A stretch of DNA of 20,642 nt from Amoebophrya sp. A120 (Eukaryota > Protista > Dinoflagellata): assembly GCA_905178155.1 (NCBI GenBank), contig CAJINV010000026.1, positions 132,814-153,455 on the forward strand. Reading direction: 5' to 3'. Within the stretch, counting starts at the first letter, position 1; each line of letters opens with the position of its first letter. Of this stretch, positions 12,901 to 20,642 are shown piece after piece. The translations under genes were made by a program, and so were the position numbers. The notes under the pieces were generated by a model. It had not been told where the DNA came from, did not search any database, and worked only from the letters and a program-made list of their open reading frames with translations.

Positions 12901-14030
12901 TTTGTTGTTCTACTGGCGGTGGTGGTTCTTTTCTTTCAAAAGACGTTGCGCCGTCTACGTGCTTTGAAGATGAAGATGACGACAAAGCCGCCTGCGCCTC
13001 CCTATCGTCGTCCGGTGAGACAAAACCGTTCCCAACACCCAGCCGCTCATCATAGTCATCGCTGACATCGTATCCCAAGAAAAAAGTGTATACAGTTACA
13101 CATTTGTTCGAGTTTCTGCATCACAAATTTTCTCTGTGTGGCAGGCACAACTTGTAATGCAAAGATCATAAGGGAAAACAGAAAGGAAACGAGCCTCCCA
13201 AGCATTTCCTGCATGAGAAAGGTTGTCTCTGTTGCTGGTCTTGCATCATAATGTGTAAGAACTGTAACACTTTTTTCTTGCGATACACCCAGCCGCTCAT
13301 CATAATCATCGCTGACATCGCCCTCCGGTTCTACTACGGAGGAAGATAGGAGGTTTTGATCGGCTTGTGAAGCAGAAGCATAGTCGTCTGGTGATGTCGC
13401 GGCTTGACCTCCGCTACTATTTGTTCCGTGGTCACCGTTTCTTCCCTTCACCGTGTCCAGCTGCGTCCAGAAAAGGAAAAGGAGGAGAAACATCCAGTAA
13501 AAGCCGTTTCGGACAAGCAAGATTGGTTTCAATTGCGATAGGAGGTAATAGTGGTGAAAAACTACCCGGTCGGTTTTTCCTGTTTTCGTTTTTCGCCTCG
13601 CTCGGTTGTGTGCGTAGATTTTGCTGGTGGAGGAAAGAGGTGGTGCTGCAGACTTTTTCAAATTTGCGATCGTCGACAAGGAAATAAATGATTGGCGCTC
13701 GTCTTTTTCGGAATCAGGTGAGGCGGAAGCTGTACTGTCGCTGGACCTGAAACAGGACGCGGACGATGTTGGAAAAAGACTCTGTATGCCGCATGGCTGC
13801 ACTTGTTTTTGTCTTCCCGAGCACCACTTGTGGCCCGTGTATGATCCGGCGTGCTTGGGTGGTGACGTTGACGAAGAAGAGGGTGTCGCGGGAGATGCAG
13901 GTACAACTAACCGAAATTGAATCCGCTCTCCGAATGGTGTTTCTGCAAACGCGGCGGTCGGCTTTCTTGGAGGAACACCTCCGTCGACACCACCTGCACC
14001 ACTAGGCACGGTCGCCATTGCGCTGGCCAT
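998..14030 (-). CDS. Large 15-exon protein of unknown function (~1483 aa). It has a hydrophobic TM/signal-like segment near aa 165-190, long D/E-rich and S/R/K-rich low-complexity regions, and a Cys/His-containing C-terminus.
   Basis: Manual splicing, counting each direct repeat once. Exons: 14030-13286, 13035-12802, 12516-12461, 12227-12209, 11940-11181, 8755-8703, 8446-7032, 6816-6558, 6297-6243, 6011-5937, 5666-5302, 2237-2185, 1857-1689, 1421-1364, 1133-998. Total 4452 nt (divisible by 3), no internal stop, ends TAA. It links ORF-track fragments 13056..14030, 12710..13078, 11114..11938, 6846..8447, 5264..5608, 1579..1914 and 998..1201. Junction peptides read sensibly, e.g. GKLYALHPDFWDEDHPDYRSGLIHPDFAERVVVKMKD, DEQEYFREDEDEPLAFDETGNMLEVEE, NQELEAAYEDWDDLEEAKGDLRGGKKLKLSKEE. 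The start codon is uncertain. Confidence 0.85.
1139..1363. mobile_element. Degenerate TIR element / non-canonical intron
   Basis: Ends TATCG...CGATA with a weak TIR. Exact direct repeat GCCGA at 1134-1138 and 1364-1368. Removal restores the frame (VRS-APGHLH). Confidence 0.8.
1427..1688. mobile_element. TIR element family A / non-canonical intron
   Basis: TATCAAATGCAAATATGTCTGGGTC...GACCCAGACATATTTGCAGTTGATA. Direct repeat TCGTG. Confidence 0.95.
1863..2184. mobile_element. TIR element family C / non-canonical intron
   Basis: TATCGAAAGGAAAGACTCCCCCTCCCCATAT...ATATGGGGAGGGGGGATTTTTCATTTTGATA. Direct repeat ACCGC. Confidence 0.92.
2243..5301. mobile_element. Giant family-A TIR element / intron (3059 bp) containing a satellite array
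   Basis: Left end TATCAAATGCAGATATGTCTG; right end GACCCAGATCGATATTTGCATTGCATA. Flanks CCCGG/CCTCG match 3/5. Removal plus 5 nt keeps the frame (ELE-AAYEDWDD). Confidence 0.8.
2354..5205. repeat. Satellite of ~15 monomers of ~191-192 bp, organised as a 957-bp 5-mer higher-order repeat
   Basis: CACTTCAAC-like anchors at 2359, 2550, 2742, 2934, 3126, 3316 ... 4273 ... 5039. Near-identical ORF translations recur at 2358/3315/4272 and 2653/3610/4567 (period 957). Confidence 0.97.
5667..5936 (-). other. Canonical GT-AG intron (270 nt)
   Basis: Minus strand AAGGG|GTATTG...TTTACAACTAG|GTAC. Splicing gives in-frame SVDKGYLGPQKEKLAEALAQYKTRM and avoids an immediate TGA. Confidence 0.75.
6017..6242. 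mobile_element. TIR element (family C-like) / non-canonical intron
   Basis: TATGACATTGCACAACTCCCCCTCC...GGAGGGGGAGTTGCGCACTGTCATA. Direct repeat TCCAG. Confidence 0.93.
6303..6557. mobile_element. TIR element family A / non-canonical intron
   Basis: GATGCATTGCAAATCTGTCTGGGTCTGG...CCAGACCCAGACATATTTGCAATTCATA. Direct repeat AGTTG. Confidence 0.92.
6822..7031. mobile_element. TIR element family B / non-canonical intron
   Basis: TATCCCACGAAAAAAGTGTTACAGTTACACATT...AATGTGTAACTGTAACACTTTTTTCTTGCGATA. Direct repeat TTCGG. Confidence 0.95.
7330..7575 (-). repeat. Coding tandem repeats, (SSRG)n and SSSSRR(A)D
   Basis: 12-bp units CTACCTCTACTG and ~27-bp units CTGGATGAAGACGAGGAATCTGCTCTC lie inside the 8446-7032 exon. 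Confidence 0.9.
8452..8702. mobile_element. TIR element family A / non-canonical intron
   Basis: TATCAAATGCAAAAATGTCTGGGTCTGGAA...TTCCAGACACAGACATTTTTGCATTTGATA. Flanks TGCTC/TGTTC match 4/5. Confidence 0.95.
9103..9990. repeat. Tandem repeat, ~8 copies of ~106-118 bp, with 12-bp subrepeats and an internal palindrome
   Basis: CCTCTG anchors at 9103, 9213, 9327, 9441, 9559, 9677, 9783, 9897, with GAGGATTCC subunits. Confidence 0.95.
10020..10972. repeat. GC-rich minisatellite, ~20-21-bp unit GGGCGGATCCCCGGGGAAC, roughly 45 copies
   Basis: GGCGGATCCCC recurs continuously across the interval. Confidence 0.95.
11946..12208. mobile_element. TIR element family A / non-canonical intron
   Basis: TATCAAATGTAAAAAGTGTCTGGGTCTGGAAG...CTTCCAGACCCGGACATTTTTGCATTTGATA. 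Direct repeat TCTCC. Confidence 0.95.
12233..12460. mobile_element. TIR element (family B-like) / non-canonical intron
   Basis: TATCCCTTGAAAAAACTGCTTCACT...AGTGAAGCAGTTTCAGTTTTTTCTTACGATA. Flanks GATAG/GATGA match 3/5. Removal gives GLI-HPDFAE. Confidence 0.87.
12522..12801. mobile_element. TIR element family A / non-canonical intron
   Basis: TATGCGTAGCAAAAATGTCTGGGTCTGG...CCAGACCTAGACATATTTGCATTTGATA. Direct repeat CGTAT. Confidence 0.93.
13071..13285. mobile_element. TIR element family B / non-canonical intron, flanked by a 35-bp duplication
   Basis: TATCCCAAGAAAAAAGTGTATACAGTTACACATT...GTAACACTTTTTTCTTGCGATA. 13036-13070 and 13286-13320 are identical at 34/35 positions. Confidence 0.93.
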
Positions 14031-16029
14031 GGCTCGCGGGGTGGGGAGCAGCCCGCGCTCCCACCCGCTTCATGCGTGGTTACCACGGCAAAGCTGCCCT
14101 CATCACGAAGGAGGCATGGTTTTGAAAGGCGGTTCTCTGCGCTCCATCGGTGCGGACCGCAGGGACGGTTGGTCTGTTCGTGGTCCTCGCAAATGAGTGC
14201 CGCTTATTAGCTTTGTGACAACTCCCTCGAAGCGAGACACATACAACAGCAAAACAGGCAAGGCTGCCCCTCAAACTGTACAGATGGGGATCGCGCGTTT
14301 CCTCTCAGGCGCTCGGGTGAGAAAGAGGCCTGTTAAAGCAGGCGCTGGGGCACTGCCGCTGCAACAGAAAGGCAAGAAGCCTCGCCCCGAAGGAAAACAT
14401 CGGCGCGCCAGCCTATCCCCTCGTCCGTTCTCGCACACATCGTCTCACTCCCTCCACTCACTTCGGGCTCGGCTGGCCGTGACGAAAACAATGCCACGAG
14501 CGGGTGGCGCGCGTGCTTCATCGCGCTCCGCAAGAAGTTCTTCTATCTGTACTGGTAAAACGGGCCACTTTATATAGCAGCAATGCATGCTTTTGGCGCC
14601 CGGGCCAATTCTGGCGCGGGCGGCGGCGGGAGAGCTGCGCCATTGATTATTCCACCTCGCCCGGGCAACCCACAAACGTGGGAAGAAAAGCCGGGGCTCG
14701 CGTGCCCCCCCGGCCGCCACCAAACCGCCCGGCGCGGGCCTTCGGGAATGAATAGCGGGGGGGGGGTTCGCCTCGGACGGCCGCCGATTCGCATGGCGCA
14801 GGCCGTTCTCTTTTTAGCGCGCCGGCAGGCCCACGGAGGCCCCCGGCAAACGGGGGCCAAGAATTCGGCGCCGGGGCTAGCCGCGCACCGGCGCGGCCGC
14901 TCGCTGTGCCCGCGCGTTTTCTAGCTCTGCGGCGAAGAATGAAGGGGCGGCGGGACCGTGACGGGGCGGCCCGCTTCGTGTTCGCGCCGTACGCTTCCGC
15001 ACCAGTGCGACCGCTTTCATCCGCTTCCACTTGCCACAAAGGGCGGCCGGTGCTGCGGCAGCTTCAGCGCTTCACTTGCGCGCCTGCGGGCCGGCGCGCT
15101 TCCTTGGGTGGCGTAGGCCGCGCACTTCAAATTCGCGTTTGCCAGAGGACCGCCTCAGACCCGCGCCCGTTTCTGCGCGAGCTGCGCGACTACGGTGCGA
15201 TCCCTGGAAGGGGGCGGCGGCTGAACCTTGTTACGGAAACCCGAGCCGCGCGCCATGATGCTCTTCAACCGGTCTTGTAGTGGATACACCTAATACAGGC
15301 TGGCTTTCGTCCACTGATGTGCTTGGAACTGGATGCACATCTAGATCTAGTGCGGAGGACCCGCATCAAAATCTATTGCTCGTTCACTTAGAGTGCCCTC
15401 CAACTCAATGGCCACTCTTCTCAGTGCTGATTTCCCTAACGCAATTCCTCCGCAGTATATCCTCTTCCCTAATCTTTCAAGACGTAAAATGTAGAACTCT
15501 TCCCCTTCTCTACCCTCTTCCACTCCTGTTAAATCAGGTCTCCACACACGACATTACAGGAATCTTACGCAGGACTCCATCGGAAAATCGCGCTTGGTGC
15601 CGATGTTAAGATTAGAAAAAAATCTGATCTGGGGACGATTGAGAAGACCGAACAGCGCACAAGAATACATGTTGCCAGGAAGCACTTGCACGGTGGCAGC
15701 GAGAGCTTTCATAGTGTACTAGTTGTAAGTATTTTCTGTTCGCGTTCTTTGCCGGAAGTTGCTGTTCGTTTTTGTCGGAAGTTGCTGTATGTACAGTGTT
15801 AATTTCCATCCAACAATATATACGCGTTGACGGTCTTGCTCGTTGAAGTATTCATTGTGCATAGAGAGACAATGATTTTTACATTTAATTTCGAGTAGTA
15901 CGTACGAGATAAATTTTGATTCTGTAAAGAGTTTCTGTAAAAAAAGCTTTTCGTTAAATCTGTAAGCTGTTGTTGTTCTTTTTCATTTTCAGCGCTTTTT
16001 CATTTTCCAACCACCACTTCACTTCCACC

Positions 16030-17613
16030 CTATTCCTTGCCGCTATCCAGTGAAATAAATACATCAGGATCACAAGAAAAGCTGCGTACTTTGTACCACG
16101 CTGATGTTGCTGTTGTACCAATAGGGCATAACAAGTGTGTTGCGTTTTTCTTGTGACTCTGAAGAAATATTTTCATCAGATAAAACATCTCGCCCTGTAA
16201 AGCCGCCACCGCCCTTCGCCGCTCCCTATCAAATGTAAAAATGTCTGGGTCTGGAAGAGTGCGCGATTTGTCATGCAGCTTTTCCATGATCCATGAGGTC
16301 TGGAATGCAGGACCTAGCATGACAGATTCTGTGCGATCTTTCTCATGCCTATTCTGCATGAGAAACTGCCTCCCGACTTGGTTAAAACTGGACGACTTTT
16401 GGTAATCATGCAACACAGATTTTTGCATGCTGCAGATTTAGCATGACAAGTCGCATTCTTCCAGACCCAGACATTCTTACATTTGATACTCCCGGATGGA
16501 TTGCAATTTCACCATCTGTTGCTCCATCGCATCTATCGCCTCCTTCTCGTCCTTATCAAATGCAAAAATGTCTGGGTCTGGATGATTCCGGGATTTGTCA
16601 TGCTAGTCCGGCATGGCTCTGAGCTCTGTATTGCGTGGCCGCAAAGGGCTTCTCTTGCCTGTCATGCAGAAACGCAGTTTCTCATGCGGAGTACGCAACT
16701 CTGCACCACGGAAAAACTTGTCATGCTTGGCAGTGCATTACAGTATGCGCATTTTTCCCTGGCTTGCATCACAAGTTTCCAGACCCAGACATTTTTGCAT
16801 TTGATAGTCCTTGGCCAACTGCTGGTCGAGATTGTAGTTCAAGTGGACTTCGTTCAGTATCTCCGCTGCCTTCAGCGGATTGTTTTCGACGTTGGTGGCA
16901 ATACTGTATCAAGGTCGAGACATTTCCTATCCCAGTATCGCTGTTCACGTACATGCCTTTGTAGCCCAACATGTGACCAGCAGCCAAGGACTATGGCTTA
17001 GCTATTTCGTAGCGAAATGCGGATGTTGGTGCACCGTGAGAAGATGGCGTCTTCCGCGGATTATTTTGCGTGTGTTTCATGATCACATTCCGGAAGCGCC
17101 AACTCACTTTGTTTTTGCGGAAGCAAAAAGTATACAAATTTGTCAATGGAAATGGCTGCCGCACAGACAGAAGGAAAGAGCTCTTTTCGCGAACAACCGC
17201 ATGCCACGAATGCTGGGATCGGACTATTTTCAAGCTGACACCTTTTCCTGCACACGCATCGAAACCTGCACGTTGTCCTCCGCGACGGGGAGCATGTTAC
17301 CCCGGAGCTTCGCCCGTCGCTCTGCGCGGCGCCTTGTGTTCTCCATGCGCTCTGTTGATCAATAGTTCGCTTGATTCATACATAACTTCAACTATCTCGA
17401 ATCGAGCTCATAATTATGGTCGACTATTCATTCAACATCATATTTATTCTTCAACCGCCGCATCAACATTAATAAATTTCTTCGCACAAAAAAAAAGTAA
17501 GTACTTTTTTTATCCTTCTCGGACTCCTCTCGTTTCTGTGTCGTTTTGGCGCCGAACTTGGCTGTGGTAGAAGAGCTGCCTGTCGAACTCGATCCGATTT
17601 TTGGGGGGAGCAT
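16030..17613 (-). CDS. Small charged, probably coiled-coil protein (~140 aa) of unknown function; may extend further 5'
   Basis: Exons 17613-17505, 17351-17241, 16901-16807, 16548-16489, 16221-16183 and 16038-16030 total 423 nt in frame: MLPPKIGSSSTGSSSTTAKFGAKTTQKREESEKDKKKRMENTRRRAERRAKLRGNMLPVAEDNVQVSMRVQEKVATNVENNPLKAAEILNEVHLNYNLDQQLAKDEKEAIDAMEQQMVKLQSIRERRRAVAALQGEMFKE*. The first and last junctions are less certain than the middle ones. Confidence 0.7.
16044..16182. mobile_element. Probable short decayed TIR element / intron
   Basis: TATCCAGTGAAATAAATACATCAGGATCACAAGAAAA resembles the reverse complement of the right end, TATCTGATGAAAATATTTCTTCAGAGTCACAAGAAAA. There is no intact direct repeat. 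Element plus 5 nt is 144 nt (frame-neutral), and read-through is also open. Confidence 0.55.
16227..16488. mobile_element. TIR element family A / non-canonical intron
   Basis: TATCAAATGTAAAAATGTCTGGGTCTGGAAGA...TCTTCCAGACCCAGACATTCTTACATTTGATA. Direct repeat CTCCC. Confidence 0.95.
16554..16806. mobile_element. TIR element family A / non-canonical intron
   Basis: TATCAAATGCAAAAATGTCTGGGTCTGGA...TCCAGACCCAGACATTTTTGCATTTGATA, a perfect 29-bp TIR. Direct repeat GTCCT. Confidence 0.96.
16907..17240. mobile_element. Decayed TIR element / intron
   Basis: TATCAAGGTCGAGACATTTCCTATCCCAGTAT resembles the reverse complement of the right end, TGTCAGCTTGAAAATAGTCCGATCCCAGCAT. The direct repeat is lost, but removal plus 5 nt gives in-frame VQEK-(V/I)ATNVENN. 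Confidence 0.65.
17352..17504 (-). other. Canonical GT-AG intron (153 nt), AT-rich
   Basis: Minus strand AAAAAAA|GTACTTAC...ATCAACAG|AGCGCATG. Splicing gives in-frame EKDKKKRMENT. Confidence 0.65.
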
Positions 17614-19239
17614 GTAGCGTCCCCGGCGAATAATGCAGAGACAAGATGTGGGACAAGAACCCAATTCAAACCTGGAGTCTTCGACTTAGAGTCTGTAACT
17701 GTACGAACATGCACTGAAGTCGTTGAATGACACATGATTGGCTGCTACATTGCAGCTGTTGTCGTTCTATCTCGTTTTGAAATTCTTTCTGCAACGAGCC
17801 CGGTTGTCAGCCACGGCGCACCGTTGGAAATACTTACGATACAAATGGCGCATGTGGCTTTTGCTTTCTTTCATGCAGACAATATACGGCTCGCAGTATA
17901 ATCGCGATGATCGGTTGTTGACCCATGAATGTTCGGAGATATCGACGTCCGGTAGCGCCTTGCTGCTGGAACTGAGTATCAGACTTCAAAATACCGCCAT
18001 TTTCGCATATTCTAAGCTGGAACAATCAAGGTTCTCAATACCGCAAAACGTATTATGCCTTGTTTCGGGGCGGCAAGACAGTGCATAATCATGACAAGTT
18101 TCAAAGAGATAAACTCAACAATGGCGAACGGAATTCGTACCAAGTGACCAACTTTGCCTTTCTGTGAATATGCGGGGGCTGGACCCGGTATTTGTGCTTG
18201 ATAACCAAGTTGAAGCTCGTGTCTTGATCTGTTGTTGAAAGTTGAAAAGTTCGGTTGAAAAATTATTTATTACACAGTTCCATAAATAGCACGGGCCGAC
18301 GGATAGTCATCTTTCAGGATCGAGTCAATCATTATCATCTTTTCTCCCTCCATATCCATTCTCGTAGCACAGGATCACGAAACAACAAAATCACAATCAG
18401 ACCAAGAAGCAGTAGTTAGAATACAACTGAGCGACGAGACGGTGCTGACAGTGGAGATCGGGGACTGCAGAACCTCTTGCTCTTTTTCCTGCTCTCCGCG
18501 GAAAAGGTCCCACACTGTGGTCCCGTTCCATTTCGGGACAGGCGGCAGATGATGTGGTCGCTTGTCCATGTTCCCTCCTTCTCAAGCAATGAACAACCAC
18601 AACGCGCTGCTATTGATTACGACGAAAAAAAATGGAAAACGCTACGTATCTATTAGCGCCATATTCTGTTCATACAGTTTGGTAAAAGAATTCAGGTAGA
18701 CTGCGTCACCAACGCGAAAAGGAAAAGGTAAGGGGCGGCTTTTATTTTCGCTTCACATATTGCAAAATAAAAGTGATCTCGACATACATAGCGCGAAAAC
18801 GACAGCACGACGGGCGAGAGTAGACCGACGACAACTCAAACGGATACTCGATACGATTCGAAGATAAGTGCGCCATCTCTTCGTAGCAACGCACGATCAG
18901 ACGCGCCCGTGACACCGAGGGCCAGTACGTCGACACCAAGGCCCGAAAAAGAACAAACGGAATCCGCGTCGAAAAGACTACTTTAATGAAACTAAGTAAA
19001 AATCAATAGGAATAAACAACGAGCTCGACGACCACGACTTCGTGTAACGATCACGACGAACTTCTACTCTCAACCACTGCTCCCACGGGAAATCGTGTTG
19101 GCTCTTAAGCATGCGCGTGCAACCATCACTACTGCCAAAAACTCCGCGACTTATTATCCAAACCCTCCATCGTCGGACTTTATTGGAGCGGTGACGGGCG
19201 GCATTGGCATTGCGGCGTCGAGCATCGTTATACACTCCG

Positions 19240-20642
19240 CGGCTTTCGCTGCCTCGGCTTTCGCTGCTTTCTTGGGTCGTGTCCAGTGGAGACTGGACAG
19301 CCCCAAACCCGGGCGCCCGTGTGTGCGTCTCAGCGGGGCGACCTGCTTCGGCTTTCGCTGCTCTCTTGGGTCGTGTCCAGCGGAGACTGGACAACCCCAA
19401 GCCCGGGCATCTTTGTGCGCGTCTCAACGGGGCGAACTGCCTCGGCTTTCGCTGCTTTCTTGGGTCGTGTCCAGTGGAGACGGGACAACCCCAAACCCGG
19501 GCGCCCGTGTCTGTGCGCGCCTCAGCGGGGCGAACTGCCTCGGCCTTCCTTCGCTGCTCTCTTGGGTCGTGTCCAACGGAGACTGGACAACCCCAAGCCC
19601 GGGCATCCTTGTGCGCGTCTCAACGGGCGGGGCGAACTGCCTCGGCTTTCGCTGCTTTCTTAGGTCGTGCCCAGTGGAGACTGGACAACCCGAAACCCGG
19701 GCACCCGTGTGCGCGTCTCAGCGGGGCGAACTGCCTCGGCTTTCGCTGCTCTCCTGGGCCGTGTCCAACGGAGACCGGACAACCCCAAGCCCGGGCATCC
19801 TTCTGCGCGTCTCAACGGGCGGGGCGAACTGCCTCGGCCTTCGCTGCTTTCTTGGGTCGTGCCCAGTGGAGACTGGACAGCCCCAAACCCGGGCGCCCTT
19901 GTGGGTGCGCGTCTCAGCGGGGCGAACTGCCTCGGCTTTCGCTGCTCTCTTGGGTCGTGTCCAGCGGAGACTGGACAACCCCACGCGGGCACTCTTGTGC
20001 GCGTCTCAACGGGGCGAACTGCCTTGGCTTTCGCTGCTAGCTTTCTCGGGTCGTGTCCACCGGAGACTGGACAGCCCCAAACCCGGGCGCCCTTGTGCGC
20101 GTCGCAACGGGGCGAACTGCCTCGGCTTTCGCTGCTCTCTTGGGTCGTGGGTGCCCAGTGGAGACCGGACAACCCCAAACCCGGGCGCCCCTGTGCGCGG
20201 CTCAGCGAGCGGGGCGAACTGCCTCGGCGTCCGCTGCTCTCTTGGGTCGTGGGTGTCCAGCGGAGACTGGACAACCCCAAGCCCGGGCATCCTCGTGCGC
20301 GTCTCAACGGGGCGAACTTCCTCGGCTTTCGCTGCTCTCTTGGGTCGTGGGTGTCCTGTGGAGACTGGACAGCCCCAAACCCGGGCGCCCGTGTGCGCGT
20401 CTCAACGGGGCGAACTGCCTCGGCTTTCGCTGCTCTCTTGGGTCGTGTCCAGCGGAGACCGTACAACCCCAAGCCCGGGCATCCTTGTGCGCGTCTCAGC
20501 GGGGCGAACTGCCTCGGCTTTCGCTGCTTTCTTGGGTCGTGTCCAGCGTAGACTGGACAACCCCAAGCCCGGGCGTCCTTGTTCGCGTCTCAACGGGGCG
20601 AACTGCCTCGGCTTTCGCTGCTTTCTTGGGTCGTGTCCAGTG
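19240..20642. repeat. GC-rich satellite with a ~94-100-bp monomer, ~15 copies, truncated by the window end
   Basis: CCTCGGCTTTCGCTGCTYTCTTGGGTCGTGTCCAGYGGAGACTGGACARCCCCAARCCCGGGC...GGGGCGAACTG recurs from ~19252 to the end. Confidence 0.97.

Noticed and set aside
14080-15280. Multiple GC-rich ORFs upstream of the large gene
   Set aside because: Arg/Gly/Pro/Ala-rich translations in all frames are typical of GC-rich non-coding DNA, and no promoter motif could be supported.
774-17240. TA target-site duplication (Tc1/mariner MITE or ciliate IES interpretation)
   Set aside because: The TA belongs to the TIR, and separate 5-bp direct repeats lie outside it. The frame is restored by removing element + 5 nt. 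TAA and TAG appear to act as stops.
17620-18600. Possible additional minus-strand exons (MDKRPHHLPPVPKW... at 18569; GTAAGT donor near 17837)
   Set aside because: Plausible, but I could not assemble a unique in-frame model.
19204-20593. ORFs of 270-294 aa in the right-hand satellite
   Set aside because: Repeat-derived and open on both strands.
1-20642. Autonomous transposase or a dedicated splicing enzyme
   Set aside because: No ORF with recognisable DDE, RT, recombinase or nuclease motifs; the two large elements contain only repeats.

Overview
Eukaryotic (protist-like) genomic DNA. Its genes are broken up by many short non-autonomous terminal-inverted-repeat (TIR) elements that behave like non-canonical introns (introners). 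I mapped 18 elements from several TIR families. Nearly all begin TAT and end ATA, and 12 are flanked by an exact 5-bp direct repeat. Deleting each element plus 5 nt (35 nt at one site), together with one GT-AG intron, joins scattered minus-strand ORF fragments into one stop-free 15-exon CDS (14030->998, about 1483 aa; acidic, Ser-rich, one hydrophobic segment, Cys/His-containing C-terminus). The same rule builds a second CDS of about 140 aa (17613->16030). Two elements are swollen to 3.1 kb and 2.4 kb by internal tandem arrays, and another satellite runs off the right end. The architecture resembles the invasive introner elements known from the parasitic dinoflagellate Amoebophrya; that assignment is inferred, not verified. 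No transposase, RNA gene or CRISPR array was recognised.
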